Origin: Octopus bimaculoides
Lineage: Eukaryota
Reading direction: 5' to 3'
Assembly (NCBI RefSeq): GCF_001194135.2
Contig: NC_068984.1
Span: 16,317,003-16,357,031 of the forward strand
DNA length: 40,029 nt
The number at the start of each line of letters is the position of its first letter. Position 1 is the stretch's first letter. Made by a program: the position numbers and the translations under genes. Below are positions 1 to 11,273 of the stretch, in pieces. The notes under the pieces were generated by a model that was not told where the DNA came from, ran no database searches, and saw nothing but the letters and a program-made list of their open reading frames with translations.

Positions 1-27
<27 letters not shown>
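1..27. repeat. (AT)n microsatellite
   Basis: Pure AT dinucleotide run at the window start. Confidence 0.95.
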
Positions 28-32
<5 letters not shown>

Positions 33-430
33 TTCAATAATAGGATGAATTCTTTTATAAGAATTCATCAAGTACCTAGCGTGAAAAAAAACCTCATAAG
101 GGAAAAATCCATCATTTAATCCCCAAAATATATTTATTTATATAAGGGCATTACTATACATGAATGCCTCACACTAAGAGGGACTCTAAGGTCAAACTAC
201 CATAATAAACACATTTTTACCGAACGCGAGGAAATGCAACTCTCAAAGCTAGCCCCTTAAAAACAAACTAAATTATAGATCATGATTTCGTAGTTATTGC
301 AGTATTATGCAACTTCTACTTGTCAGTATAATATAGTCAAGACACATAGAAATAAACAGAAAATTAACATACGAAACCAACACCTCGTGTATCCAGCATA
401 GTACATAGAAGATTGTTTATCCCTATAATA

Positions 431-635
431 AGAAACGTTAGCACGCCGGGCGAAATGCTTAGTGGTATTTCGTCTGTCTTTACGTTCTGCGTTCAAATTC
501 CGCCGAGGTCAATTTTGCCTTTCATCCTTTCGGGGTCGATAGATTAAGTGCCAGTTGCGTACTGGGGTCGTTCTAATCGACTGGCTCCCTCTCCCAAAAT
601 TTTGGGCCTTGTGCCTAGAGTGGAAAAAAATATTT
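431..635 (+). mobile_element. tRNA-derived SINE, family A, tail type 1
   Basis: B-box-like GTTCAAATTCC, core GCCTTTCATCCTTTCGGGGTCGAT and tail CCCAAAATTTTGGGCCTTGTGCCTAGAG. Homologous copies recur at least nine more times in the window. Confidence 0.85.
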
Positions 636-859
636 TTTATTCAGATAATGTATCTTTATCGTCTATCATTTATTTTTACTTAGAACTTATTATTTATTCA
701 CTTAACTTCGATTTGTCTATGTCACGTCTCAGCTCCATCTTGAAGCTTAGAGACGCAACACTTATCTCAATACACGAGCAGTTCGAAGTATTGCTGCCAA
801 CTGAATACTTCCTATGAAGTTTTGGCAATGACAGAAACATCTAACGTTACCTTTGATCA

Positions 860-1160
860 GCAGAATGTCATAAAGGAGTTAGAACCATCGGAGAGCAACA
901 AATACCTAAGGGTATTTGAAGGGGACGGAATCCAGCATTGAGTGATGAGAGAAATGGTCAGAAGAGAATGTTATCGCAGGGTGAGAGCAATACTCAAGAC
1001 AGAGCTGAATGCAAGAAACAGGATTGAAGCGATCAGTACTTTAGTCATGCCAGTCGTGACTTACAGTTTCAGTATCGTTAACTGGTCAATTACTGAAATA
1101 TGTAATCTTGACAGAAAAATACGAAAATTATTTACAATGAATAGAATGCACCACCCTAAA
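860..1160 (+). mobile_element. R4/Dong-like non-LTR retrotransposon fragment (region just after the RT core)
   Basis: Reads IKELEPSESNKYLRVFEGDGIQH* then ORF 942-1175 VRRECYRRVRAILKTELNARNRIEAISTLVMPVVTYSFSIVNWS...LDRKIRKLFTMNRMHHPK. This fits the YKYLG...KTELNA.N...AIN..A.PV..YSF..W pattern of R4/Dong ORFs. Contains an in-frame stop. Confidence 0.7.
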
Positions 1161-1644
1161 ATGTTTGACATTTAAACCCGCATCATCGAAGAAAGCCATA
1201 TCTAGTGATGCACGCACGAGAATTTTTCTTGTCTGCAGAATATGCTAGAAACACATTCGAACTGGTAACAAGTTAATATTTGTACACATTGTTGCTCAGC
1301 GCTGTATTACAGCTGGGGCGCAGATTAGCGCAACTACTCACTGAACGTTAAGACCTGATAAGAGAGACTTGGTCTTTCGTTGCCGGTTCATACCACCTCC
1401 ATTTCCAGTGTGTGATGCTGAAGAGGAGATGACTACTGCGAAATGCATGCGTCTCTGGACTTGGGAAGAGAATACTTCGAACTGACTTGGTGTCTTTCCA
1501 CCTATTCTTTTTATAGTAAAAATTATTCTCCATGACAAAATACAGTAAATTGCTTTCTTACGGGTTCGAACATGTCCCAAGTATATTTGAACTGGTAACA
1601 GTATATATTTGTACGCATCATTGCTTAATACTTCTAATCCGTGT

Positions 1645-1679
1645 CTCTCTCTCTCTCTCTCTACATACACTCACACACA

Positions 1680-1731
<52 letters not shown>
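1645..1731. repeat. (CT)n + (CA)n compound microsatellite
   Basis: Direct inspection. Confidence 0.95.
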
Positions 1732-1732
<1 letters not shown>

Positions 1733-1948
1733 TCGTAACTGTCACGGAAAATTCCTCTAGTCGACCTGGCTATCATACCACATTGTGTAATGCAATATGG
1801 AGGAGTATAGTGTCGAGTTCTATGCAGCTGAAATCCAGGCGATCAAATCGATGAAAATATTTCATGAGGAGTATATAAACCAGCTGCTGCTGGTATTCAT
1901 CTGGTTAGTTCGCTGAAATGGATATTGTGTTTTTGTCCCATTTTTGAA

Positions 1949-2090
1949 ACGACGACGACGACGACGACGATGATCGCAATCATAATGTTGCTGACGATGT
2001 CGATGATGATGATGACGATGATGACGAAGAAGAAAAAAGGAGGGGAGGAAGTGGTTGTTATAATGATGGTGTCGTGATGATGGTGACGAT
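1949..2090. repeat. (GAC)n/(GAT)n trinucleotide low-complexity tract
   Basis: Direct inspection; it explains ORF 1897-2139. Confidence 0.85.
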
Positions 2091-2347
2091 GTTCTTTTTC
2101 AACCCTAGGCCAGTACTGACTGAGTAAACCCATGATCAAAAACGTTCAAGCTGTATCCCAGCAAGCGCACTTAAAGATTTAATTACTGCTTACGTATAAG
2201 TTTCCAGTAGATGTCAATATATTTCTTATGCTGATATCAATACTATTACGTTGTGCCAATATTATATATCAATAGAACGGTGCAGTGGCCAAACCGTTAA
2301 AGATTGTTTAGATATAGGCGCAGGAGTGGCTGTGTGGTAAGTAGCTT

Positions 2348-3478
2348 ACGCGTTAGACGGAAGGTCCTGCTAAGCTGCTTGGAGTCTGGTTCGAGCCAGG
2401 CCTCCAGATAGAGAAAAATTGGAGCGAGGTGACCAGCAGAGTGACTGCTCTAACCCAGACCTGGTCTGGGCGGGCGTTATCCTTGCTAGGAAAGGCGGAG
2501 GTGGTGCAGATGTTTATAGCATCGGTTATCACCTACCGTCTGACCGTGGTGCCTTGCCCTGATTTGTGGCTGAGCAAGCTGGAAAGAATCAGCTACTCTC
2601 TCGGGCGGGCAATGCCGGTAACAGGAGTTCCACCGCGGATTTTTATAGCGGGTTAGTGGGATATAAGTCCGAAGACGCCTTGGGGGAGACCCTGGGCTAC
2701 GATGAAAATCAGTTGACCAACCTGTTCAGGAGAACTTTCGGGCCGGGGTATCTGGACAATTACCAGAAATCCCTGGCTTGGCAGTGCTTTCGTGAGGTGT
2801 TACCTGTTCGTGATAAACTGTCAAGGCACGGAAGTGCCGTATCGCCGACATGTCCGAGGTGCGGGCGGAACAGGGAAACCGTCTTGCACGCAGTTGTGGA
2901 ATGTCCGGAATTAACGAGACTGATAGTTTTCGCAGAACAACTGTTGTCATCGATGGGAAGAGTACAGCTATCAGCTGAATCTATCATCGAGATTGTGCCG
3001 CCTCCTTCCCTCAACAGGGAAAGGAAGGCTTGCTTTTCCTGCGTAGTAGCCATACTGAAAGAAACAGTATGGAAGACGCGTGTAAGAGGCATAGTGACGG
3101 ATACCTTTGTATCTGGCCAGGGGTTAGTTAACTTTTTTTTGTTACCACCTCAGTAGTAAGATCAGGCTGGAGAAGAGGTATCTGTCACGAGGAAGCTGGG
3201 AGTGTTTGGCACCAGGTAAGTGGAAGCCAAAAACAGGGGAAAGAAAAAGCAAAGGATCTACCCTGGTGGTCGGATGCCTATCCTTCAGGAAAGCCATTAC
3301 AAATTGCATCTGTAATGAGCAATGCTTTAATCGAACATTATAAATATAATCAAATTATTATTGTATATTTAAAATTGTAAATATTTAATCGATACAGCTA
3401 CTTCACCCCTTTTATGTTTGTCTGTCCTTGTTCGTCCCCTCTTTGTAATGCCTTTATGGCAAATATTTATGAAATAAT
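2348..3478 (+). mobile_element. 5'-truncated, internally deleted L1/Tx1-clade LINE
   Basis: KLLGVWF...WSGRALSLLGKAEVV...YRLTVVPCP (post-RT region), then zf-RVT-like LPVRDKL...CPRCGRNRETVLHAVVEC. Flanked by the direct repeat GTAGCTT at 2341-2347 and 3479-3485. Confidence 0.8.
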
Positions 3479-3566
3479 GTAGCTTGCTTACCAACCACAT
3501 GGTTCCGGGTTCAATCCCACTGCGTGACACCTTGAGCAAGTGTCTTCTACTATAGTCTCGGGCCGA

Positions 3567-3762
3567 NNNNNNNNNNNNNNNNNNNNNNNNNNNNNNNNNN
3601 NNNNNNNNNNNNNNNNNNNNNNNNNNNNNNNNNNNNNNNNNNNNNNNNNNNNNNNNNNNNNNNNNNNNNNNNNNNNNNNNNNNNNNNNNNNNNNNNNNNN
3701 NNNNNNNNNNNNNNNNNNNNNNNNNNNNNNNNNNNNNNNNNNNNNNNNNNNNNNNNNNNNNN
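3567..3762. other. Assembly gap (N run)
   Basis: N run at the position of the SINE's internal microsatellite. Confidence 0.99.
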
Positions 3763-3983
3763 TGTGTATCTGTGTTTGTCCCCCCAACATCGCTTGACAA
3801 CCGATGCTAGTGTGTTTACGTCCCCGTAACATAGCGGTTCGGCAAAAGACACAGATAGAATAAGTACTAGGCTTACAAAGAATAAGTCCTGCGGTCGATT
3901 TGCTCGACTAAAGGCGGTGCTCCAGCATAGCCGCAGTCAAATGACTGAAACACGTAAAAGAGTAAAGAGTAAAGAGTATATGG

Positions 3984-4140
3984 GTCTTTACGCTCTGAGT
4001 TCAAATTCCACTGAGATTATCTTTCTCTTTCATCTCTCCGGGATCGGTAAGATATTGTGTCAGTAAAATGATTACTGGGGTCGATATAACCGACTCTTCC
4101 CTCAATGATAATTTCTAATTTTGTGCCTATGTAAGAGATC
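3984..4140 (+). mobile_element. SINE family A, degenerate partial copy
   Basis: GAGTTCAAATTCC...CTTTCATC...CTGGGGTCGATATAACCGAC, similar to 431-635. Confidence 0.7.
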
Positions 4141-4800
4141 AATATCGGAAATCAATATTTGGTTGCAAATAACGGTACAAATTCTGGCTTAACTGAAGGA
4201 GTATATTTTTTTACTCTTATTTTGCAGCACCAAAATATATCAGGGGTGGGGAAAAGTAAATATACAATTGCTTAATATGAGTGGAATGTTCTTTTCATTT
4301 CTCTATTTCTTTTTTAGGATAAAGTTTCTGTGATTCTATGTTTTTTTTAACTAATTCTTCCTATAATAAAAGAAAGGAAGGATGTTCATGGCTGGAATGC
4401 TATTGATCATAGGCATGCTAAGCCAAGGCTACTTTGGATTTAGATAATAATTCAACAAGACTAAATCTAATCTGTTTCTCTAAAATATTATATGAAAGGA
4501 CGATGTCTAGAACCAGTATTTCAATACAAATACTTCCTGCCGATTATCTGTGGGGCAGCTTATTACAATCACTTGCAGTTTAATTTTTGATAAGATCCGG
4601 AAGATTCGAATGTGTGTACATAACACATCACATTCATTAACGTAATGGATTCCGAGAAGACCGGTGTTTGAAAATCGTTGTGTCTCGTTAGCAAGCAGCA
4701 CCCTCGTACCAATGAACCCAGCAAGAGTTGATGGTCTTGTTTATAATTTCAGCTAACAAATTGTTCACTAATCCGTTTTTTCGAAGTATATCATTACGTA

Positions 4801-5690
4801 CGAGGTCTGGTCAATAAACCAAAACTACAACAATTAAATTTGGTATTTAATCTCCTTCGGAAACCACACACTTAATCCAGCGCTGTTTCCATTGATAGAA
4901 GCAGTTCTGGAACTAGCTTTCTGGGATAAACAGCAGCTGCCTCGTCGCATTCACTTTGATTTCTTCGACGTCCTGAAGTCTTCCTTTCAAGTGGGATTTA
5001 GTTTTTGGAAAGAGAAAAAAGTCGTAAGGAGCAAGATCTGGAGAATGCGTGGCTGTCGGACCTGGGGAATGCTGCACAAGGTGATCTTGTGCAACTGAAA
5101 CCCGAGAGTCGTTTTGGTCAGCTGAAAGCAGTTTTGGCACAAACTTGGCAGACATGCGTTTCATACCCAAATCTTCAGTGATAATAGAATGAACTGAACT
5201 GTAGCTAATCTGCATATCCTCTGATAACTCAAGGATGGTGGTCCGACGATTTCCCCTCACAGCTGCATGCACATCTGCGATGTCTTTCTTAGTTCTGCTG
5301 ATTGCGGATCTCCCAGAACGTTCGTCACTATCGACATTTTTCGGCCATCTTAGAAACGTCTGAACCACTCGTACACTTGTGTGCAGCTCATACACTCCTC
5401 TCCATGCACTTTCTGAAACTCTGCCGTAGGCCTCTGAACAGGTATCACCAAACCTTCGGCAAAATTTGATGCAAATTCTCTGCTCAACTTTGTCATGGTC
5501 AATGCGACGATCACACGCTACACATGTTCCTTCCAAGCACTGCTGTAAACAGCAGAAGTGAACTAGAACTTTAAAACTTAATGCGCATGCACAGCAGAGT
5601 TCAAGATCAATCTGTACCAAGTCGCTTTACTCTGCGTGCTTTAGCTTCGTTACTATGACAACAGTTCGGATACTTATTGATCAGACTACG
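4801..5690 (-). mobile_element. Mariner (Tc1/mariner) DNA transposon, internally deleted
   Basis: TIRs tacgaggtctggtcaataa versus RC tacgtagtctgatcaataa (16/19 including the TA), with TA at 4799-4800 and 5691-5692. ORF 4913-5620 has EQRICIKFC, ERSGRSA, KFVPKLL and SPDLAPYDFFLFPK, but the segment carrying the first two catalytic Asp motifs is deleted. Confidence 0.92.
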
Positions 5691-6130
5691 TATTTCTGTT
5701 TTTATCATTCTTAAGATAAACATTTCTACAGTGTTTCTTGTTTCTTATTTTTGTTTTTTGTTGTTTTTTTTCAATTTTTTAATTTCTCTCTATAATGACA
5801 CCAGAATCTATAATAACTTGAGTGGTTTGGTCTTTTATGCCATAATACACACACGGATGATGACTCAGCAGAGAATTTGATTATCCTTTCAATTTTCCCG
5901 TACTTTGCTTTCGTGTTCTCGTTTATGGTTTACATACTGGAAATTGTTGATTTGATGATCTGGCGTGACACTGAATCAATGACAGAACTGACACCGCCTC
6001 CATTTCTAATCGAGCTTACTAAAACCACTACTATTGAATTTCCAATGTTCTTGAATTTTATCATTTGTATTACGAAATAGTTATAGTAAATTGTCGTATG
6101 TATATGCATTACAGCATATTTATGTATTTA

Positions 6131-6461
6131 GTGAAGGTGCGAGGCTCAGTGGTTAGAGCATTCGGCTCACGATCGTAAGGTCGTGAGTTCAATTCCCGGC
6201 GACGTGTTGTGTCCTTGAGCAAGACACTTTATTTCACGTTGCTCCAGTCCACTCAGCTGGCAAAAGTGAAAGTGAGTAGTACCTGTATTTCAAAGAGCCA
6301 GTCTTGTCACACTCTGTGACATGCTGAATCTCCCTGAGAACCTACGTTAAGGGTAGACGTGTCTGTGGAGTGCTCAGCCACTTGCACGTTAATTTCACGA
6401 GCAGGCTGTTCCGTCGATCGGATCAGCTGGGACACTCGTCGTCGTGACCGACGGAGTGTTC
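6131..6461 (+). mobile_element. tRNA-derived SINE, family C (CORE-like middle), tail shared with 7558-7946
   Basis: A-box-like GGCTCAGTGGTTAG, B-box-like GAGTTCAATTCCC, CORE-like GTGTCCTTGAGCAAGACAC. The 3' ~180 bp are homologous to 7757-7931. Confidence 0.85.
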
Positions 6462-6599
6462 CTATAAATGTATTTGATTAAGAGACATTTGTTTTCGTAC
6501 TCATGTAGATGATTTTTTTTTATGTAACTTATATCAGAGAAGCGTATCAAACAAATCATCGCTAAAATGGGTATCAGAAGCAGCAATACGTGATATAGA

Positions 6600-8900
6600 C
6601 ATATTTTAGATGCGTATCGATAGCGTGGATTGGTGAGAACACTTAAATTTCATGAAGTTCTAAACCATAAGCTGACATGATTTATTGCTATATTATAAAA
6701 TTGGTGGGTGTTTTACTAGCTTGTAGTCCTGAGTTTGAGAGAGATACTTGGAGAAACTTATGGAAAACCTTTTCATTGTACTTTTGCTTTGGGCCACTAC
6801 GTAAAAGCTTGGAGACCCAATAAAGTCACGGAAACGAGTCGGAATAATATACACCAATGAATGTTAGGAGAACAATTTTAACTAAAACATTTTTATGATA
6901 TTTATTCAAAGATTTGTTGAAAAGTACTGAATGCACTCGCTTCTGTTATTGAACAAATTCATTAGTCTTTCAATATCATCGACCAAAATGGATGCTTTAA
7001 TTTTATTTTCTACTTATATCATAAGTAAATCGATAGGATTTTCGATCAATCTCTATAAGTTCCGGTTAGAAATTGTTCTGATTATTCTCTGTTCTGATTA
7101 TTCCGTTGAACGCTTAAAGAGTTTCTTATCATTAAACAGCTGTTTCTGACATAGGAATTATAGAAAATCGTGAAGTGAAACATATCCTCAAGCTACACGA
7201 ACAGGATCGGCAAAATCTAATGTTCCATACTCTATTATGCCTGCAAGCAATAACTGAATATGCACATTCAAAGAACTCTTATAGAGATAAATAAGCCTGT
7301 AACAGTTGGCAAGTAATTAAGGTTTGATGACTGTTCAAGAGGAATTTATTACGCTGACATTTTGTCACCTAATTTTATTAACTGCTTTCTTTCAAAGAAA
7401 GAAAAGTCGACTCTGAGAGCCTACTCGTATTTCTAGAAAAGTTATACGTACAGAGAAAAGTATGAGTATATGGAAATGAAGAAATTTATATTGGTTTTTG
7501 AGTCGTTAAAGATTGCTCGTCACAGATTCAAGTTTCATCGTATCTGGTATTGTCGTTCGTGGAGGCGCAATGGCCCAGTGGTTAAGGCAGCGAACTCGCG
7601 GTCATAGGATCGCGGTTTCGATTCCCAGACCGGGCGTTGTGAGTGTTTATTGAGCGAAAACACCTAAAGCTCCACGAGGTTCCGGCAGGGGATGGTCGCG
7701 AACCCTGCTGTACTCTTTCACAACTTTCTCTCACTCTTACTTCCTGTTTCTGTTGTGCCTGTAATTCAAAGGGTCAGCCTTGTCACACTGTGACACGCTG
7801 AATATCCCCGAGAATTACGTTAAGGGTACACGTGTCTGTGGAGTGCTCAGCCACTTGCACATTAATTTCACAAGCAGGCTGTTCCGTTGATCAGATCAAC
7901 TGGAACCCTCGACGTCGTAAGCGACGGAGTGCCAACAACAACAACAGGTATTGTCGTTATTTTGTGCATGATTGTTAAAATAATTACCTGCATTATATTA
8001 AGGTATGCTTTTTAAGTTTCATTTGATTATTAAAAACTGGCATAAAACAAATTTCTTCAATAGATAAGTGAATTTGAATTGGCTGAGAAGTTTCAACAAG
8101 TTCCTTCATTTAGAGAGTAATGCTGATATTAGATAAGTAGAAAATGCCTAACTATTAAAAAATACTGAATACAAGATAAATTAGAGCGATTAATTCAGAC
8201 ACAATGAAACAAATATGTATGTAAATTATTTCCGTACCCAGAGCTCTTAAACATCCATCTTTCAACGAATTATCGGCTATATCAGTGTTTATAACCAAAA
8301 ACTAAAGACATCCGTACCGATATTTCTACAGTTTTTCTTATTCCTATTCTTATCTTCAAGTTTCTCCCAAATATCTCTTCCGATTGCTAAATCACAAAAT
8401 CACATAAAAATGATAATACTGATATGATCAATATTTCCTCGGCTAATAATAATAGATTATTTTTCATCATTATAGCTGCTTGTTTTCTTATATTGCTATA
8501 CTCATCTTTAAAGAATTAATTCTGCTACAACTTGGTCCATGAGAATTATCTTTTTTGCCGTGAGAAATTGATTTGCATATAGAGGCTGTAAATTTCTAAT
8601 GATTAAACGATAAGTATCGTGTCTTAAAGTTTCAGCTTCATTTCTAATAATCTCTAGCTGGTCATTAACAAACGAAAACTAATAGAGTAAACGTTATTTT
8701 TATAAGACTACCACGCCTGTTCTTAGTTTTAAACACTGTCTTTGAGAAACGCTTTAATTGAAAACAAGATAACTGCATCCAATTTCATAATAAGATTAAA
8801 TGGGATCTTCAGGCCTGTAATGTATTTAGATTTCCTATTTTAAGACCATTTTAGATTCTTCGGATTTTCTAAGTTAATATCATTTTACAATGTAAGACAA
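6600..8900 (-). mobile_element. Highly decayed LINE (APE endonuclease plus RT remnants), interrupted by a SINE
   Basis: Minus-strand translation near 8500-8800 gives RTGVVVL...LIIRNLQPLYANQ (APE-like). Near 7000-7400 there are traces resembling KGDK..NY, GFR..RSC and DFKKAYD of RT. Many stops; boundaries approximate. Confidence 0.4.
7558..7946 (+). mobile_element. Full-length tRNA-derived SINE with (CAA)n tail and 12-bp TSD
   Basis: Head GGAGGCGCAATGGCCCAGTGGTTAAGG...GGTTTCGATTCCC, tail (CAA)n, exact TSD GGTATTGTCGTT at 7546-7557 and 7947-7958. Confidence 0.93.
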
Positions 8901-9458
8901 GATTAAATTTTCCTATTATAAGTTTTCTTGAGTAAAGTTTCTTGGCATAGTTCTTGTTGAAAATGAAGTAAATTGTAGTCATACACTTTCATCGAACAAA
9001 AATAAATAGTCTGTGGAGACCAAAGTAAATACTATAAAAGCAATTAGTATTGAGTTCTAAAGTTTCTGACACTGCACTGCCCTATAGAAGTAACTAATAC
9101 TTTTGTACTGTGCGATGAAGATTCAAGGAATATTTTCTTTTACTGCAATGTCATTCGTGTCCAGAAGAATGGAGACATTTATCTTGGGTTAAAGAATCGG
9201 CTTTGAAAGACAGAAATGAAAGTTTTATGGAGCAAACAGTAATCTCCACAGGTGTCAAGTTAACGATGTAGTTTTGATTCTTGATTGAAACCACTTTCCG
9301 ACATTGAAGCGATTGATGCAACTGAGAAAGCTATGTGAGACGTAACATTTCGTTTTCGTGCTTCTTATGGATACAAAACATTTGTGTCTAGACAAGTGGA
9401 ACTTTTGATGATTAAATATAATAAGTTTGGAAATTTTCAGTTTTTTTTTATGTGCCAA

Positions 9459-9833
9459 TCACAGGAGAATAGTAGTGACCATAGTCTTTTTAGTACCACT
9501 TAGTTTGGTGATATCGATATAGTTGGTATTCAGTTTGAACAAATGGAGGTCGATATCCGAAGGGGAAAACCGCAGACAGGGAAGAAATGTAGATTTGTAG
9601 AGAAAGGTTTGTGGGATAGATTGCTTCAGGTGTCTGAGAGGTGAAACACAGCAGGGTGATGAGTAAAAATATAATAGATTGGGACGGGAAGTACTTAAGT
9701 GGCGGGAGAATGCAAAGAGTTGAGAGTTTAGAGGCAAGGAGGCCGTCGTAGTATTGGTAGAAGGGGCAAAAAGAAGCAACAAATCATCTACAGTCTGGAG
9801 TTTGTAGTGTGTTGACGAGTGAATCGTTGTCAA
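9459..9833 (-). mobile_element. Degenerate non-LTR RT C-terminal fragment
   Basis: ORF reads KLQTVDDLLLLF (YADD-like motif) followed at the expected distance by NTNYIDITKLS (resembling KYLG.TLD..LS). Confidence 0.45.
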
Positions 9834-10007
9834 TCAGTTGGACGGCCTTCATTTGAATAAAATCTGAGATTTTGATGTGCTTAGCAGCAAACAGCCCCAT
9901 ATATATGTGTAGTACTTCAATGTGGGTCTTCAACTTGGTGGAGTATTAGTTATTGGCTAATTCTGAAATTTTCCTGATTCTGAACATGAATCTTAGTATT
10001 TGTGCTG

Positions 10008-10830
10008 TACAAAGTGTATTCCAGAAGTTTACATACTTTTTCAGGAGAGATGATTATTAATTTCAAAGAAGTACAAAACTTAAATCTTCTTCAAAGTAGG
10101 ATCCTTCGACTTCAATGCACTTGTTATAATGTTCCAGCATCTTCATTAGGCTCCATGAAAGTCCTTCGAAGTGAGTGAAAGTGTCCTGGACCCTTGTCAC
10201 AGCCTCCATCATTTTATCAATGTCTTTAAAACAACTACCCTTGAGTTTCTCTTTCAGTTTAAGGAGCAACTAAAAGTCACAGGCAGCAAGGATTGTAGGG
10301 AAGATGAGGGTGAGTTTTGATGCCCATCTCTGTGAAGTAGTTGGTTACCTGGATAGAATTGTGAACTGGTGCACTGCGCCTGGTACAATTGTTTTGGCCT
10401 TTTACAACGAAGTGTCTTCTGAAATCCTTCAAATCCTCCAATAGAAGCATTTTGTTGACTGCCTAGCCAAGGGGAACCCAGTGGATGCATATGATGCCGT
10501 TCCTGTCAAAAAAGTGGATCATAACGAGCTTCCCGGGGGGAAATGCTTTGTCTGACGTCTTGTAGCAGCGAAAGATAGATGTTCAGCTCAAACAAGTTAA
10601 TCCATAAGCAGTCTACAGCATTCATAAGTCTCTGTAGCGTTTATACCGAGTTGAACACAAAGCTCTATTGCACAACGACATCCCAAATTATTTTCCCGTC
10701 CCTACAGCTTTCAGCAAACTAGTCATCTGTGACAAACAGTGTTTAGTAGAATGTGTTCAAAGTGCTATTACAGCCGTCGTCTTCAATCTGGAATAACAAA
10801 AGTTGGCAGCTCACCTTATTAGATGTATAG
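10008..10830 (-). mobile_element. Degenerate mariner transposon
   Basis: C-terminal LKEKLKGSCFKDIDKMMEAVTRV...YNKCIEVEGSYFE and a decayed HPPYSPDLAPCDF-like motif near 10270-10310. Ends approximate. Confidence 0.8.
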
Positions 10831-10907
10831 TAATGAGATACTAATATTACAATTGTCTCAAAACAGCGTGACGGAAGAATCGTTAGCATTATGTATATAT
10901 ATGTATA

Positions 10908-11189
10908 NNNNNNNNNNNNNNNNNNNNNNNNNNNNNNNNNNNNNNNNNNNNNNNNNNNNNNNNNNNNNNNNNNNNNNNNNNNNNNNNNNNNNNNNNNNNN
11001 NNNNNNNNNNNNNNNNNNNNNNNNNNNNNNNNNNNNNNNNNNNNNNNNNNNNNNNNNNNNNNNNNNNNNNNNNNNNNNNNNNNNNNNNNNNNNNNNNNNN
11101 NNNNNNNNNNNNNNNNNNNNNNNNNNNNNNNNNNNNNNNNNNNNNNNNNNNNNNNNNNNNNNNNNNNNNNNNNNNNNNNNNNNNNNNNN
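10908..11189. other. Assembly gap (N run)
   Basis: N run after a TA-rich repeat. Confidence 0.99.
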
Positions 11190-11273
11190 ATGATTGTAAT
11201 AATCAAATATGAAAAAGGAATTAGATAAGGATTAGGAGTTAAAATGTAGATTTATAAAGTTATTAGGGATTAC

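Larger units (their letters stand above)
2314..3978 (+). mobile_element. tRNA-derived SINE, family B, split by a LINE insertion and an assembly gap
   Basis: Head ATAGGCGCAGGAGTGGCTGTGTGGTAAGTAGCTT at 2314-2347 resumes at 3479 as GTAGCTTGCTTACCAACCACATGGTTCCGGG. The tail ends GACTGAAACACGTAAAAGAGT. Colinear with the intact copy at 16760-17137. Confidence 0.9.

Noticed and set aside
168-210. CTAAGAGGGAC-TCTAAG-GTCAAAC, hammerhead-like spacing
   Set aside because: Both core motifs are defective (CTAAGA, CAAAC); too degenerate to call.
1250-1630. ~38-bp imperfect direct repeat (GAACTGGTAACA...ATATTTGTAC) at about 1258 and 1589, and a weak zf-RVT-like FPVCDAEEE peptide near 1410
   Set aside because: Short and degenerate, probably scraps of an old TE; no TSD or LTR structure could be shown.
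7558-7632. tRNA-like sequence with A and B boxes (also other SINE heads)
   Set aside because: These are SINE heads followed by SINE bodies and TSDs; there is no complete cloverleaf, so they are not tRNA genes.
9130-9270. Open frame EYFLLLQCHSCPEEWRHLSWVKESALKDRNESFMEQ
   Set aside because: No convincing acceptor, in-frame stop just upstream, and no recognisable homology.
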